A stretch of 28,089 nucleotides of DNA from assembly GCA_037442105.1 (NCBI GenBank), contig JBBIQV010000008.1:62001-90089 (forward strand), written 5' to 3'. The translations under genes and the position numbers were made by a program. Positions 1 to 9,435 of this stretch are shown one piece after another. How positions within the stretch are numbered: the stretch's first letter is position 1; every line of letters begins with the position of its first letter. A model generated the notes under the pieces. It did no database searches. It was not told the origin of the DNA and worked only from the letters and a program-made list of their open reading frames with translations. Source of the DNA: Nitrospiraceae bacterium (GTDB lineage Bacteria; Nitrospirota; Nitrospiria; Nitrospirales; Nitrospiraceae).

Positions 1-701
1 TCCTTGGCGCCGTCCTCTCGCTTTCTCTGCTCGGCTCGTGGGGACTCGGACTGCTCGTCCAAGCTTCATCGCCTTCGGGTCAGGCTGCGCCAGCATCGCT
101 TACTCCGGCCTCCGCACCACCGGCTCAGCCGCCCGACGCCACCGTGAAAAGCGTGGCTGCCGGTATCGATCCCTTGGCGCCTTCTTCCGATCCCAAGGCC
201 AAAGCGCAGCCCGCCAGTGCCGGCGCTTCAGAAGCGAACCAACACGCCGTTCAGGGACCGGCCGTCGATATTCCGCAAGAAGTCATCGAGATGTTGGATT
301 TGCGAAAACACGATCTCGATAAACGCGAAGAAGCCGTCCGTGTGTCGGAAGAGCGGCTCACCCTCTTGAAGGCCGAGCTCGAACAGATTTTGACGAAGGT
401 GGAGGAAGCGGAGAAGAAACACAAGGATGTCAAGGACAAACAAGACAAGACTGTTGCGGACCAGAAAGCCAAAGCGGAACAAAAAGCCGCCGACGTGCGG
501 AACCAGCACCAGGCCCAACTCATTAAGATCTTCGAGAGCATGCCGCCGGAAGAAGCAGCCGCCAGGCTCGAGAAAATGCCGGACCGCAAAGCAGTCGAAG
601 TTCTACGGCTTCTCAAAGGGAAGACCGCCGGCGCGATTTTATCTTCCGTCAAGGTCGAGCGTGCCGCAAGACTCACGGAACAGTTGCTCGCGACTCCTTG
701 A
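1..701 (+). CDS. MotE/FlbB/YlxF-like flagellar protein (MgtE-N-like C-terminus), 5'-truncated
   Basis: The frame of ORF 144..701 is open back to the window edge (LGAVLSLSLLGSWGLGLLV hydrophobic stretch). It has a coiled-coil middle and C-terminal IKIFESMPPEEAAARLEKM...GKTAGAILS, and sits directly before fliK. Confidence 0.75.
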   Translation, partial: LGAVLSLSLLGSWGLGLLVQASSPSGQAAPASLTPASAPPAQPPDATVKSVAAGIDPLAPSSDPKAKAQPASAGASEANQHAVQGPAVDIPQEVIEMLDLRKHDLDKREEAVRVSEERLTLLKAELEQILTKVEEAEKKHKDVKDKQDKTVADQKAKAEQKAADVRNQHQAQLIKIFESMPPEEAAARLEKMPDRKAVEVLRLLKGKTAGAILSSVKVERAARLTEQLLATP

Positions 702-833
702 TTACCCTCACGTGCACAGTCCGCGGGAAAGTTTTGCCTTAGCGTCCTGCAACTTTTTCCGATTCCTGCCGGCAACTCTCTTCTGATTCGTCAAAATACC
801 GCGCCATTTGCATCCGCGATGTTCTCCTTCACA

Positions 834-849
834 TGGCACATCCCTTGAA
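834..849 (+). promoter_or_regulatory. Probable sigma54 promoter for fliK-flgD-flgE (variant -12)
   Basis: TGGCAC-ATCCC-TTGAA: consensus -24 box and correct spacing, but GA in place of GC at -12; about 55 bp before ATG 903. Confidence 0.6.
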
Positions 850-902
850 TACTTCCACAGCGAATGATGAGTTGGCGATTGTCCTGAACGGGCGTGCGCG
901 AC

Positions 903-2459
903 ATGCAATTTACAGCCATACTTCCCAATCTTGTGAACGGCAAGGCAGCAGACGCCTCGGTAGCTTCAGGCCCGTCCGATCCTCGTCAACATTCCTCCGC
1001 GTCGGGATCCTCAGTGAACGGGTTTCTCACGGTCTTCCACGAAGCCCACACCATGAGCCCCTGCTGTCCCGGTGTTGGTGCGGCGGAAGACGCATCCTCG
1101 GAAAGCATGGGCATGGATTCGGAAAACCTCGCCCATTCCATGCCTCCACTCTTACTGGGTCTTGCCGGTACGCTGCTCTCAGCAACTCAATCCGTCTCGC
1201 CCCTCACTCCGAATGAATCCGTCGCATCCGCGTCTGTCGGCGAGGAATCCGTTTCAACCACCGCGCTTGCTGCGATGGCGCAAGTCGCTTCTTCGACAGG
1301 GCATGAACAGGGAATCACACAGAGTCAGACGGCAGCAATTGCGACGTTCTCTGATGATGAAACAGAGACACCCCTCCCCCCGACTGTGTCCCAAGCGATA
1401 TTGACCTCACATGCGGCCGTGCCTGATGAGGCAGAACAAACGAATCTTGTTGCGCCCACCGCGAGCGGGATAGCAGCCACGCACGAAGAACCCGGTACGT
1501 TTCTCAGCAATGAATCCTCATCCAATGAACCCGTGCTCTCTTCCTCTACTACGGAGTTACGCTCCATGGCGAACGCCGGACAGCCGCCCATGTCCACGGA
1601 TGAACAACTTGTTCCATCACCTACTGCACGGCCTCCCGTGAATGCTGACATCCAAGAGGTAGGGGAGAAGGTGCCAGGGACGGACTTGGACGGGAGATTG
1701 ACGGTTCACCAGACTGCCGCGACCCGTGCCGACCGTGCTGCATCCCGCAATGCCGATGGCAACGACCAGCCCCCGGTTGAGGAGAGGGTATCGCCTACGG
1801 GCCGGCTGTCCGATTCGTCGTCCGGCCGGCCTTCTTTCTCGGTCCAGGCCGGTCGTTCTTATAGAGAGACAGAGCAAGACTCGACTCGATCGTTTCAGCA
1901 GGGATCATCCTCGCTCACGCAAGGCGATCCACACCAAGTCCATCACATCTCCGCCACCTCCCAGTTCAATATTCCGGTGATCGCAGCGGGACACACGGCG
2001 AATGATGAGCCGGCGCCATCTGCCGATCAGGCGACTCCGGTTCTCTCGGACGCCGGAGCACGCGCGGTACGCCTCGATCGCGAAGCATCGACCGCGCCTC
2101 CCGTGCAGTCCGTCCATGTCGATATGCCTTCCGCAGATCTCGGTCAACTCCGTGTGCGGATTGTCCTGTCTGACCAGACCGTCCACACACACGTGAGAAC
2201 CGACAGCCCGGAACTGGGCCACTTGTTAGCGAGCCGGCAAGACCAACTCGGCGCTCAGTTGTCTGCCTCAGGGTTGGAAATGGGTCACTTTCGAGTCCAA
2301 GTCGACCGGCAAGGAGCAAACCATTCCGGGCAGGAGTGGTTGTCTCGCGCCTACGATGACGCGTTTCAACGGCACCAAGGCCATCGTCAGCAGGATCGAC
2401 CGCCGGACTCCCCGGTCCCCTCGTGGGAACGTACCGGGGTGCTTAGTTTGTTCGCCTAA
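903..2459 (+). CDS. fliK: Flagellar hook-length control protein FliK
   Basis: Long S/T/P/A-rich low-complexity N-terminus, then a C-terminal Flg_hook-type domain ([14 protein letters not shown]...[11 protein letters not shown]); directly precedes flgD. Start is GTG 894 or ATG 903. Confidence 0.85.
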   Translation: MQFTAILPNLVNGKAADASVASGPSDPRQHSSASGSSVNGFLTVFHEAHTMSPCCPGVGAAEDASSESMGMDSENLAHSMPPLLLGLAGTLLSATQSVSPLTPNESVASASVGEESVSTTALAAMAQVASSTGHEQGITQSQTAAIATFSDDETETPLPPTVSQAILTSHAAVPDEAEQTNLVAPTASGIAATHEEPGTFLSNESSSNEPVLSSSTTELRSMANAGQPPMSTDEQLVPSPTARPPVNADIQEVGEKVPGTDLDGRLTVHQTAATRADRAASRNADGNDQPPVEERVSPTGRLSDSSSGRPSFSVQAGRSYRETEQDSTRSFQQGSSSLTQGDPHQVHHISATSQFNIPVIAAGHTANDEPAPSADQATPVLSDAGARAVRLDREASTAPPVQSVHVDMPSADLGQLRVRIVLSDQTVHTHVRTDSPELGHLLASRQDQLGAQLSASGLEMGHFRVQVDRQGANHSGQEWLSRAYDDAFQRHQGHRQQDRPPDSPVPSWERTGVLSLFA

Positions 2460-2485
2460 CGTCCGAATCGAAGGAGACGTGCTTT

Positions 2486-3139
2486 ATGGCCAGCGTGAGC
2501 GGAATTACCTCCTCCACTCCGCCGACGGCAGATACCGCTCTGAAGCCCAGAGAGCTGGGGCAGGACGATTTCTTGCGATTGCTCGTCACTCAGCTCAAGA
2601 ACCAAGACCCCTTGAAGCCGGTGGAGAACGCCGCGTTCATCGCGGAGTTGGCGCAGTTCAGCCAGCTTGAGCAGAGCGCGAAACAGGTCAAGTTGCTTGA
2701 ACAGAGCATCGACTCACAGACTGCCGCACTTCAGTTCTCCATGCTCCCGCTGGTCGGGCGTGAGGTTCGCATCAACGGCGCCGTGCTGCAATTTACTGCC
2801 GCTCCTGTTTCGATGCGTTATGCGCTGGAGCGAGATGCGGCATCGGTCAGTGTGGCGGTGTTAAACGAAGCGAACCAGCCGGTTCGCACCATGACGCTCG
2901 GCCCTCAGGCCGCGGGAGAGCAGCAAGCGGATTGGGACGGGCGTGATCAAAACGGGAACCTTGTCCTGCCAGGGACCTACACGTTTACCGTATCGGCGCT
3001 CGACGCGCGTGGAGCTCAAGTAGGGGCGGCGTCGACATCCGTGGTAAAGGTTACCGGCGTTCGGCTCGAGAACGGGCAACCCAAACTGCTCGTTGGGAAC
3101 CTGGTGATCGATCCCGGTACCGTTATAGAATTTCGTTAA
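2486..3139 (+). CDS. flgD: Hook capping protein FlgD
   Basis: [22 protein letters not shown]...AQFSQLEQ and WDGRDQNG...PGTYTF motifs; RBS GAAGGAG. Confidence 0.97.
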   Translation: MASVSGITSSTPPTADTALKPRELGQDDFLRLLVTQLKNQDPLKPVENAAFIAELAQFSQLEQSAKQVKLLEQSIDSQTAALQFSMLPLVGREVRINGAVLQFTAAPVSMRYALERDAASVSVAVLNEANQPVRTMTLGPQAAGEQQADWDGRDQNGNLVLPGTYTFTVSALDARGAQVGAASTSVVKVTGVRLENGQPKLLVGNLVIDPGTVIEFR

Positions 3140-3171
3140 TGATGATGACCGACATGTAAGGAGGATGAACC

Positions 3172-4908
3172 ATGGGTATTTTGTCTTCGTTATTTGCCGG
3201 GGTCAGCGGGTTGAATGCCAACGGCACCGCGCTCTCCGTCATCGGAAACAACATTGCGAATCTCAGCACGGTCGGTTTTAAGGGAAGCAAGGCGACATTT
3301 GCCGACTTGATCAGCTCATCTATCTCCGGCGGATCGGGCGCGGTTCAGACCGGGATCGGTGTGGCGTTGACCTCGGTGCAAGGAAATTTCTCCCAGGGGT
3401 CGCTCGCCACCTCATCGAACGTGCTGGATCTGGCCATCGACGGGAACGGTTTCTTCATCGTCAAGGACGCGCAGGGCGGCACCTTCTATTCGCGCGCCGG
3501 TTTGTTCCGACTTGACAAGAACAATAACGTGGTGGACCCGACCGGCTTCAAACTGCAAGGGTTCCTGGCCGACACCGCCGGCACCATTACCGGGACGATC
3601 GGCGACATTGCGCTCCCATCCACCACGGCGTCCCCCAAGGCCACCACGACGGCGCTGGTCGCCGCGAACCTGAACTCATCGACTACACAAACCGGTGTCC
3701 GCGCGAATGTGGTCGGTTCTGCCGCATCGACCACCACCACAGGGGCCGGGAATAACTCCTTTACGATCAACCTGAACGGCGACGGGGTCCGGACTGTGAC
3801 GGTGGCGAACGGGCTCACCGGGTCCGCTTTGGCCACCGCCATTCAAAATGCGGTCCGGGCGTTGACTCCGACCAACTCTTTCCTTGCGGCAGCGTATTCG
3901 GGATTCACGGCCACCGTGAACTCCTCCAATATATTTACGTTCACATCGGGCATCACGGGTACTGCCAATGACTCCCTCTCCAATACCGGCACCGTCGTGG
4001 TGGCAGCCAACGGTGGAGACACCTTGGCTGCGAATTTGAACATGCTCACCGGGACGTCTACGGCGGGAACAGACTTCCTGCTTTCCAACCCGACCGGCAC
4101 TACCGACTTTTCCACTTCGATGACCGTGTACGATTCGCTGGGGAACAGTCATCTGCTGACCACCTATTTCACCAAGATCGGGGCGAACAGTTGGAACTAC
4201 AACATTGTGGCGCCGACGACGGATATTGTGACCGCCAACTATCACTCCAGCAATATCGACACGACGCTTGGGATCGTGAGGGTCGGTTCCGGCACCTTGA
4301 CATTCGGGACAAACGGGACGTTGGACCGGGAAAGTGTCGTGAAGCGTTTCGATACCGGCACGGCGGCCGGAGCGGTCGGCACCACGGCCGGCCAGATCCA
4401 AGTCGATTTCAACGGCGCCACGCAGGATCAACTCATCGTCATGAATTTCGGGACCAGCGTGACCACGGACGGCGGAGCGGGGCTGGATGGGACGACGCAG
4501 TTCGGGTCTACTTCCGCTCTGGTCCAACAGACGCAAGACGGGTTTGCGGCCGGGGCGCTTCAGGCCTTCTCGGTGGATACGAACGGCATCGTCAGCGGGC
4601 GATTCTCCAACGGTCAACTCCGGGCATTGGCCCAGGTCGTACTGGCACGATTCCCGGACCCCATCGGCCTCACGCGGACCGGCAAGAACACCTTCACGCA
4701 GTCCGGCACTTCCGGCCAGCCGGTGACCGGGATGCCCGACAGCGCCGGCCTCGGCCGCGTTCTGTCCAACTCGCTGGAACTTTCGAATGTGGACCTGGGC
4801 GAAAGCTTTATCGACATGATCGCGGCTCAGCGCGGCTTCCAGGCCAATTCTCGTGTGATCACGACTTCGGACGAGATTCTCCAGGAACTCGTCAATCTCA
4901 AGCGGTAG
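3172..4908 (+). CDS. flgE: Flagellar hook protein FlgE (enlarged, 578 aa)
   Basis: GNNIANLSTVGFK, DLAIDGNGFF, YSRAG, VYDSLGNSH and LELSNVDL...AQRGFQANSRVITTSDEIL; RBS AAGGAGG. Confidence 0.97.
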   Translation: MGILSSLFAGVSGLNANGTALSVIGNNIANLSTVGFKGSKATFADLISSSISGGSGAVQTGIGVALTSVQGNFSQGSLATSSNVLDLAIDGNGFFIVKDAQGGTFYSRAGLFRLDKNNNVVDPTGFKLQGFLADTAGTITGTIGDIALPSTTASPKATTTALVAANLNSSTTQTGVRANVVGSAASTTTTGAGNNSFTINLNGDGVRTVTVANGLTGSALATAIQNAVRALTPTNSFLAAAYSGFTATVNSSNIFTFTSGITGTANDSLSNTGTVVVAANGGDTLAANLNMLTGTSTAGTDFLLSNPTGTTDFSTSMTVYDSLGNSHLLTTYFTKIGANSWNYNIVAPTTDIVTANYHSSNIDTTLGIVRVGSGTLTFGTNGTLDRESVVKRFDTGTAAGAVGTTAGQIQVDFNGATQDQLIVMNFGTSVTTDGGAGLDGTTQFGSTSALVQQTQDGFAAGALQAFSVDTNGIVSGRFSNGQLRALAQVVLARFPDPIGLTRTGKNTFTQSGTSGQPVTGMPDSAGLGRVLSNSLELSNVDLGESFIDMIAAQRGFQANSRVITTSDEILQELVNLKR

Positions 4909-4974
4909 ACAAGACAAAAGCAAGGCTAGCCTCTAGCCTAGTGCCTGGCTTCACGCCGCACCTTCACTCCTTCC

Positions 4975-5021
4975 TTCAGAAGTCTGACGCGTCAGTGTTC
5001 TGACGCCGTCAAATGACTGGC
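4975..5021. promoter_or_regulatory. Three tandem GTCA-N6-TGAC-like boxes, putative sigma54 activator (FleQ/FlrA-type) sites
   Basis: TTCA-GAAGTC-TGAC (4975-4988), GTCA-GTGTTC-TGAC (4991-5004, within the inverted repeat GCGTCAG-N4-CTGACGC) and GTCA-AATGAC-TGGC (5008-5021), 110-150 bp upstream of a sigma54 promoter. Confidence 0.6.
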
Positions 5022-5127
5022 GTGCCTACCGTCGGATCGGGCGGACCCGCCAGGCGAAAATCGCGTGCAGGCCGCCTGGTGGCGCGCCAAATCACATGAT
5101 GCGCACAGCCATGCAGCAGCACTTCAA

Positions 5128-5143
5128 TGGCATATGCATTGCA
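5128..5143 (+). promoter_or_regulatory. Sigma54 (-24/-12) promoter of the fliL operon
   Basis: TGGCAT-ATGCA-TTGCA, exact GG-N10-GC, 44 bp before fliL ATG 5187. Confidence 0.85.
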
Positions 5144-5186
5144 CACTGCAATGGCCTCGCTAACGGTTCATTCCGAGGAGGTAAGC

Positions 5187-5738
5187 ATGGGGGACGCGAC
5201 CGAAGAAAAAGCACCGGCGGCAGTTCCGGCTCCACCGGGAATGCCTATGAAAATGATCATCATCGTGGGAGGCGTTGCCTTGCTGATGGGACTGGGGGGC
5301 GCCTTTGCCATGTTGAAACTGGCCGGCGGAGGCGGTCATGGCGGCGGCGAAGATCAAAAAACCGAAGCAGCTTCGCCAAAACAAGGAGGAGGCCATGGGG
5401 AATCGGCTCCTAAACCGGCGTCCGGTGCCCACGCGCCGGGCGCGATTTTCGACTTGGATCCCTTTATCGTGAACCTCGCGGACGCGCCTGAAATCCGCTA
5501 CCTCAAACTCACCGTGAAACTGGAAGTGGATGGTGCAGATCCGGCCACCGAACTCGGCCCGCGAGTCCCCCAAATCCGCGATACCATCCTGGTTTTGCTG
5601 ACCAGTAAGGATTCGGCGACGGTCAAGAGCCCGCAAGGCAAGTTCCAACTTCGCGATGAGATCACCCAGCGGATCAACAGCCTACTCTCTCGTCCCGTGA
5701 TCCGGACCGCCTACTTCACGGAGTTCGTGGTTCAGTAG
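5187..5738 (+). CDS. fliL: Flagellar basal body-associated protein FliL
   Basis: One N-terminal TM helix; LDPFIVNL...RYLK, IRDTILVLLTSK, YFTEFVVQ. Start reassigned to ATG 5187 after RBS GAGGAGG. Confidence 0.95.
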   Translation: MGDATEEKAPAAVPAPPGMPMKMIIIVGGVALLMGLGGAFAMLKLAGGGGHGGGEDQKTEAASPKQGGGHGESAPKPASGAHAPGAIFDLDPFIVNLADAPEIRYLKLTVKLEVDGADPATELGPRVPQIRDTILVLLTSKDSATVKSPQGKFQLRDEITQRINSLLSRPVIRTAYFTEFVVQ

Positions 5739-5760
5739 AAAGCCGGCGGTCGCACACACG

Positions 5761-6729
5761 ATGGAAAAAATTCTGTCCCAGGAAGAAGTCGATGCATTGC
5801 TCAAGGGGGTCGTATCCGGAGACGTGGTTACGACTCCGAAAGAGGAAGAGAGCGGAGGGACCAAGAAATACGATCTGCTCAATCAGGAGCGCATCATCCG
5901 CGGGAGGATGCCGACGCTGGAGATGATCAATGACCGGTTCATCCGTCGCCAATCCGTGTCGTGGACCGGCGCCTTGCGCGAGCAAATCGATTTCCTGATC
6001 GTCGGCACCCAGATCATCAAATTCGGCGAGTTCCTCAAGAAAGTCCCGCTTCCGTCTTCGTTGAACGTCTTCCACATGGAACCGCTCCGAGGCAGCGGCC
6101 TCTTCGTGATGGACGCCTTTCTCGTCTATCTGATCGTGGACTACTTCTTCGGAGGCAAAGGCCAAACCCATGTGAAGCCGGAAGGGAGGGATTTCACGCC
6201 GATCCAGCTCCGGATGATCAAGAAGCTCGTCACCCAAGCCTTCACCGATCTGGAATTCGCCTGGCAGTCGCTCATGACCGTGAAGATCCAACACGTGCGC
6301 TCCGAGAGCAATCCGCAATTCGCCATGATCGTCACGGCTTCGGAAATCGTCGTGGTCGTGACGTTGCAGGTGATTCTCGGCGAAACCACCCGCGACCTCT
6401 TCCTCGTGTATCCCTATTCGATGCTGGAACCCATCAAGGAAAAACTCTATTCCGGTCTCGTGTCCGACCAGGTGGAACAGGATGGGAACTGGGGGGCACG
6501 GTTCCGAGACCGTTTGCAGGACTGTCCGCTCACGCTCACCGTCCGGCTCGGGACGGCCACGGTCAAGGTGCTGGACGTCCTCAACTTCACGCCCGGCGAC
6601 GTGCTGGTGCTCGATCAACGACCGGACGATCCCATGGAGTGTTTTGTCGAAGGCTATCGCAAATTTCTCGGCACGTCCGGCGTGTTCAAAGGGAACCACG
6701 CCTGTCGGATCACGAAGGTATTGAACTGA
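5761..6729 (+). CDS. fliM: Motor switch protein FliM
   Basis: N-terminal CheY-P-binding motif LSQEEVDALL, RGRMPTLEMINDRF, FFGGKG, EGRDFT, ESNPQF and a C-terminal SPOA domain. Confidence 0.97.
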   Translation: MEKILSQEEVDALLKGVVSGDVVTTPKEEESGGTKKYDLLNQERIIRGRMPTLEMINDRFIRRQSVSWTGALREQIDFLIVGTQIIKFGEFLKKVPLPSSLNVFHMEPLRGSGLFVMDAFLVYLIVDYFFGGKGQTHVKPEGRDFTPIQLRMIKKLVTQAFTDLEFAWQSLMTVKIQHVRSESNPQFAMIVTASEIVVVVTLQVILGETTRDLFLVYPYSMLEPIKEKLYSGLVSDQVEQDGNWGARFRDRLQDCPLTLTVRLGTATVKVLDVLNFTPGDVLVLDQRPDDPMECFVEGYRKFLGTSGVFKGNHACRITKVLN

Positions 6730-6759
6730 GAGCCTGAGCCGACACAAGGAGCATGTCCT

Positions 6760-7131
6760 ATGGCCAACGTCGAGGTCAGTCCCCCGCCGGGTGATGCCAC
6801 CACCGCCGGCCCCCCAGCAGCACAACCGGCGGCCTTTCCGCCGGTGGATAAGTCGGGCGCGGTCCCGTCCGCCAATAACCTGGAGTTCATCCTCGACATC
6901 CCGATGCAGGTCACGGTGCAGGTTGGGTCCGCTCGCATGCAGATCCGCGACTTGCTCCAGCTCGGGCAGGGCTCGGTGATCGAACTGGAGAAGCTCGCCG
7001 GCGAACCGATGGAAGTCTTGGTCAATAACAAGCTCGTCGCCAAAGGGGAAGTGGTCGTCGTGAACGAGAAGTTCGGGATTCGCCTTACCGATGTCGTAAG
7101 CGCAGCACAACGCATTCAACAGTTGGGATAG
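6760..7131 (+). CDS. fliN: Motor switch protein FliN
   Basis: ILDIPMQVTVQVG...GSVIELEKLAGEP...GEVVVVNEKFGIR. Confidence 0.97.
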   Translation: MANVEVSPPPGDATTAGPPAAQPAAFPPVDKSGAVPSANNLEFILDIPMQVTVQVGSARMQIRDLLQLGQGSVIELEKLAGEPMEVLVNNKLVAKGEVVVVNEKFGIRLTDVVSAAQRIQQLG

Positions 7132-7144
7132 GAGCGGACTCGTA

Positions 7145-7516
7145 ATGGACCTGTGGGAAAGCGTGATCAGAATGGCGTCGGCCCTCGCCATCGTCCTGGC
7201 CTTGATGATGATTCTTGTCGCGGTAGCCAAGCGCGTGTTGGGCGCTCGGCTCCTGGCTCCCGCCGGGGCCCCGCTCGTGCGGATCTTGGGGAGCGGGTAT
7301 CTCGGCCCTCGCAAGAGCGTTGCGCTGGTGTCTGTGGCCGGTGAACTGCTGATCCTTGGGACGACCCAGACCGAACTGATCCCGTTGGGTCACATCACCG
7401 ACCCCGAGCAGATCCGCCTAGTTCTGGGAGGCAGGGACGGACAGGTTAAGGCTGAGACTCAAGCTGCAAGCGAGGAACTGAGGTTGGCACGCAATACGGA
7501 ACATGATCAATCATGA
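7145..7516 (+). CDS. fliO: Flagellar biosynthesis protein FliO
   Basis: N-terminal TM helix then [20 protein letters not shown]; lies between fliN and fliP. Confidence 0.9.
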   Translation: MDLWESVIRMASALAIVLALMMILVAVAKRVLGARLLAPAGAPLVRILGSGYLGPRKSVALVSVAGELLILGTTQTELIPLGHITDPEQIRLVLGGRDGQVKAETQAASEELRLARNTEHDQS

Positions 7517-8265
7517 CCCGCACCTCGACTTTCATCCTGACCCTGGTCGTAACATCGGCCTTGACCGCGAGCTTGGCAGCGGCCGCCGAGGGCCCGTCCA
7601 TCACGATCGACCTGGGACGTGGAACGGGAACCGGACAAACCGCGGTCGTGGTTCAGATCCTGGCGCTGCTGACGGTCCTGTCGCTCGCGCCGGCCTTCTT
7701 TATCATGGTCACCTCCTTCACGAGAATCGTGATCGTGCTGTCGTTTCTCCGTCAGGCCCTCGGCACCCAACAGGTTCCCCCCAATCAAGTGTTGATCAGC
7801 CTGGCTCTGTTTCTGACCGTCTTCGTCATGGCTCCGGTCGGTCAGGCCGTTTACACGGACGCCCTGCACCCGCTGTTTGCCGAGCAGATCGGTCACGAAG
7901 ACGCCTGGAACCGGGGGATCGTCCCCATTCGCTCCTTCATGTTCAGGCAGGTGCGCGAGAAGGATTTGGAGCTGTTCCTGGACCTGGCGAAGATGCCGGT
8001 GAAACCGACGAGCGTCGAGCAAGTACCGACGCACGTGATTATCCCGGCCTTCATCCTCAGCGAGTTGCGCGTGGCCTTTCAGATCGGTTTTCTGATCTAT
8101 ATCCCTTTTTTGATCGTGGATATGGTCGTGGCCAGCGTGTTGATGTCGATGGGCATGATGCTGCTACCGCCGGTCGTCATCTCCCTGCCGTTCAAGCTGA
8201 TTTTGTTCGTTTTGGCCGACGGCTGGTATTTGATCGTGGGCTCGCTGGTGAAAAGCTTTCAGTGA
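7513..8265 (+). CDS. fliP: Export gate protein FliP
   Basis: Signal-peptide-like N-terminus; [39 protein letters not shown]. Confidence 0.98.
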   Translation: MTRTSTFILTLVVTSALTASLAAAAEGPSITIDLGRGTGTGQTAVVVQILALLTVLSLAPAFFIMVTSFTRIVIVLSFLRQALGTQQVPPNQVLISLALFLTVFVMAPVGQAVYTDALHPLFAEQIGHEDAWNRGIVPIRSFMFRQVREKDLELFLDLAKMPVKPTSVEQVPTHVIIPAFILSELRVAFQIGFLIYIPFLIVDMVVASVLMSMGMMLLPPVVISLPFKLILFVLADGWYLIVGSLVKSFQ

Positions 8266-8271
8266 CGCGAA

Positions 8272-8337
8272 GCTGTCAGCGTTGAGCGATCAGCGTTTAG
8301 CGTCAAGACTGACTGCTGATGGCTGATAGCTGATGGC
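8272..8337. repeat. Imperfect 7-bp tandem repeats arranged as an inverted repeat (fliP-fliQ)
   Basis: (gc)TGTCAGC GTTGAGC GATCAGC GTTTAGC, loop, then CTGACTG CTGATGG CTGATAG CTGATGG. Confidence 0.75.
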
Positions 8338-8349
8338 CAAGGAGAAGGG

Positions 8350-8625
8350 ATGACGCCCGACATGGTAGCGGAGATCGGACGGCAAGCGCTGGAAACCACA
8401 CTGTTGGTGTCTGCTCCGATGCTGGGGTTGAGCCTCGTGGTGGGTTTGTTGGTGAGCCTCTTCCAGGCGATGACGCAGATCAACGAAGCGACGTTGACGT
8501 TCGTGCCCAAGATGTTGGCAGTGTTCGTCGCCACCCTGCTGTTTTTCCCCTGGATGTTGGGGGTGCTGGTGACCTTCATGACGAATTTGTTGACGAACAT
8601 TCCTTACTATGTGCGGGCTTCCTAG
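8350..8625 (+). CDS. fliQ: Export gate protein FliQ
   Basis: GLLVSLFQAMTQINEATLTFVPK. Confidence 0.98.
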   Translation: MTPDMVAEIGRQALETTLLVSAPMLGLSLVVGLLVSLFQAMTQINEATLTFVPKMLAVFVATLLFFPWMLGVLVTFMTNLLTNIPYYVRAS

Positions 8626-8652
8626 CCCACTGGGGATGACACGAGCGCGTAC

Positions 8653-9435
8653 ATGAGTCAGAGCATTCAAGTTGCCATCCCGCATTTTCAATCGGCCCTG
8701 ATCGTGATGTTTCGAGTGGCCGGCATGCTGGCTGCCTTGCCGGTCCTGGGCAGCCGGGTTATGCCGCTCCAGATCAAAGTCGGACTGGTGATCATGCTGG
8801 GGCTGGTGTTGACGCCGTTTCTGCCTCCCATGGCCATCCCGCAAAACATCTTGTTGCTCGGAGCAGGGATCGCGAACGAAGTCATGATCGGACTGATCAT
8901 CGGTCTCGCCGTGCGACTGTTCTTTGCGGCTCTCGAATTAGCCGGCGAGCTGATGGGCATCCAAATGGGCTTCAGCGTCGCGCACTTGATCGACCCCCAT
9001 ACGTTTCAACAAACGCCTCTTGTGGGGAGCTATCAGACGATTCTGGCCTCGCTGACGTTTTTGTCGCTCAATGCACACTATCTTGTGGTCCGCGCCGTTG
9101 CAACGAGCTTCGATATTATTCCTCCCTTCAGAGCGTACCTGTCCGCAGGGCTGGCGGACGACATTTTACACCTGGCTCAACACATGTTCGTGGTGGCGAT
9201 GAAATTGGCCGCGCCCGTACTCGCCACGATTTTGATCATCAATGTGATGATGGGAATTCTCGGACGCACGGTGACACAGCTCAATGTGTTCATCATGAGC
9301 TTTCCCCTCACCATCGCCGCCGGGCTCTTTGTGATGGGTCTGGCGCTTCCGTATTCGATCGACCTGTACGAATCGGAATTCATTCGACTGGACGAGACCT
9401 TGCAAGGACTCTTGCGGATGTTAGGTCATGGCTGA
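8653..9435 (+). CDS. fliR: Export gate protein FliR
   Basis: Polytopic membrane protein; AGELMGIQMGFS, QLNVFIMSFP. Confidence 0.96.
   Translation: MSQSIQVAIPHFQSALIVMFRVAGMLAALPVLGSRVMPLQIKVGLVIMLGLVLTPFLPPMAIPQNILLLGAGIANEVMIGLIIGLAVRLFFAALELAGELMGIQMGFSVAHLIDPHTFQQTPLVGSYQTILASLTFLSLNAHYLVVRAVATSFDIIPPFRAYLSAGLADDILHLAQHMFVVAMKLAAPVLATILIINVMMGILGRTVTQLNVFIMSFPLTIAAGLFVMGLALPYSIDLYESEFIRLDETLQGLLRMLGHG

Noticed and set aside
3676..4923. 415-aa minus-strand ORF and the overlapping 270-aa alternate-frame ORF
   Set aside because: Both overlap the well-supported flgE and are explained by codon bias.
4909..5186. Absence of motAB, flgBC, fliEFGHIJ and flagellin
   Set aside because: The window cuts the cluster and these genes are commonly flanking or elsewhere, so loss cannot be inferred.
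5716..7314. 532-aa minus-strand ORF
   Set aside because: Antisense shadow of fliM-fliN-fliO in GC-rich DNA, with no recognisable motifs.
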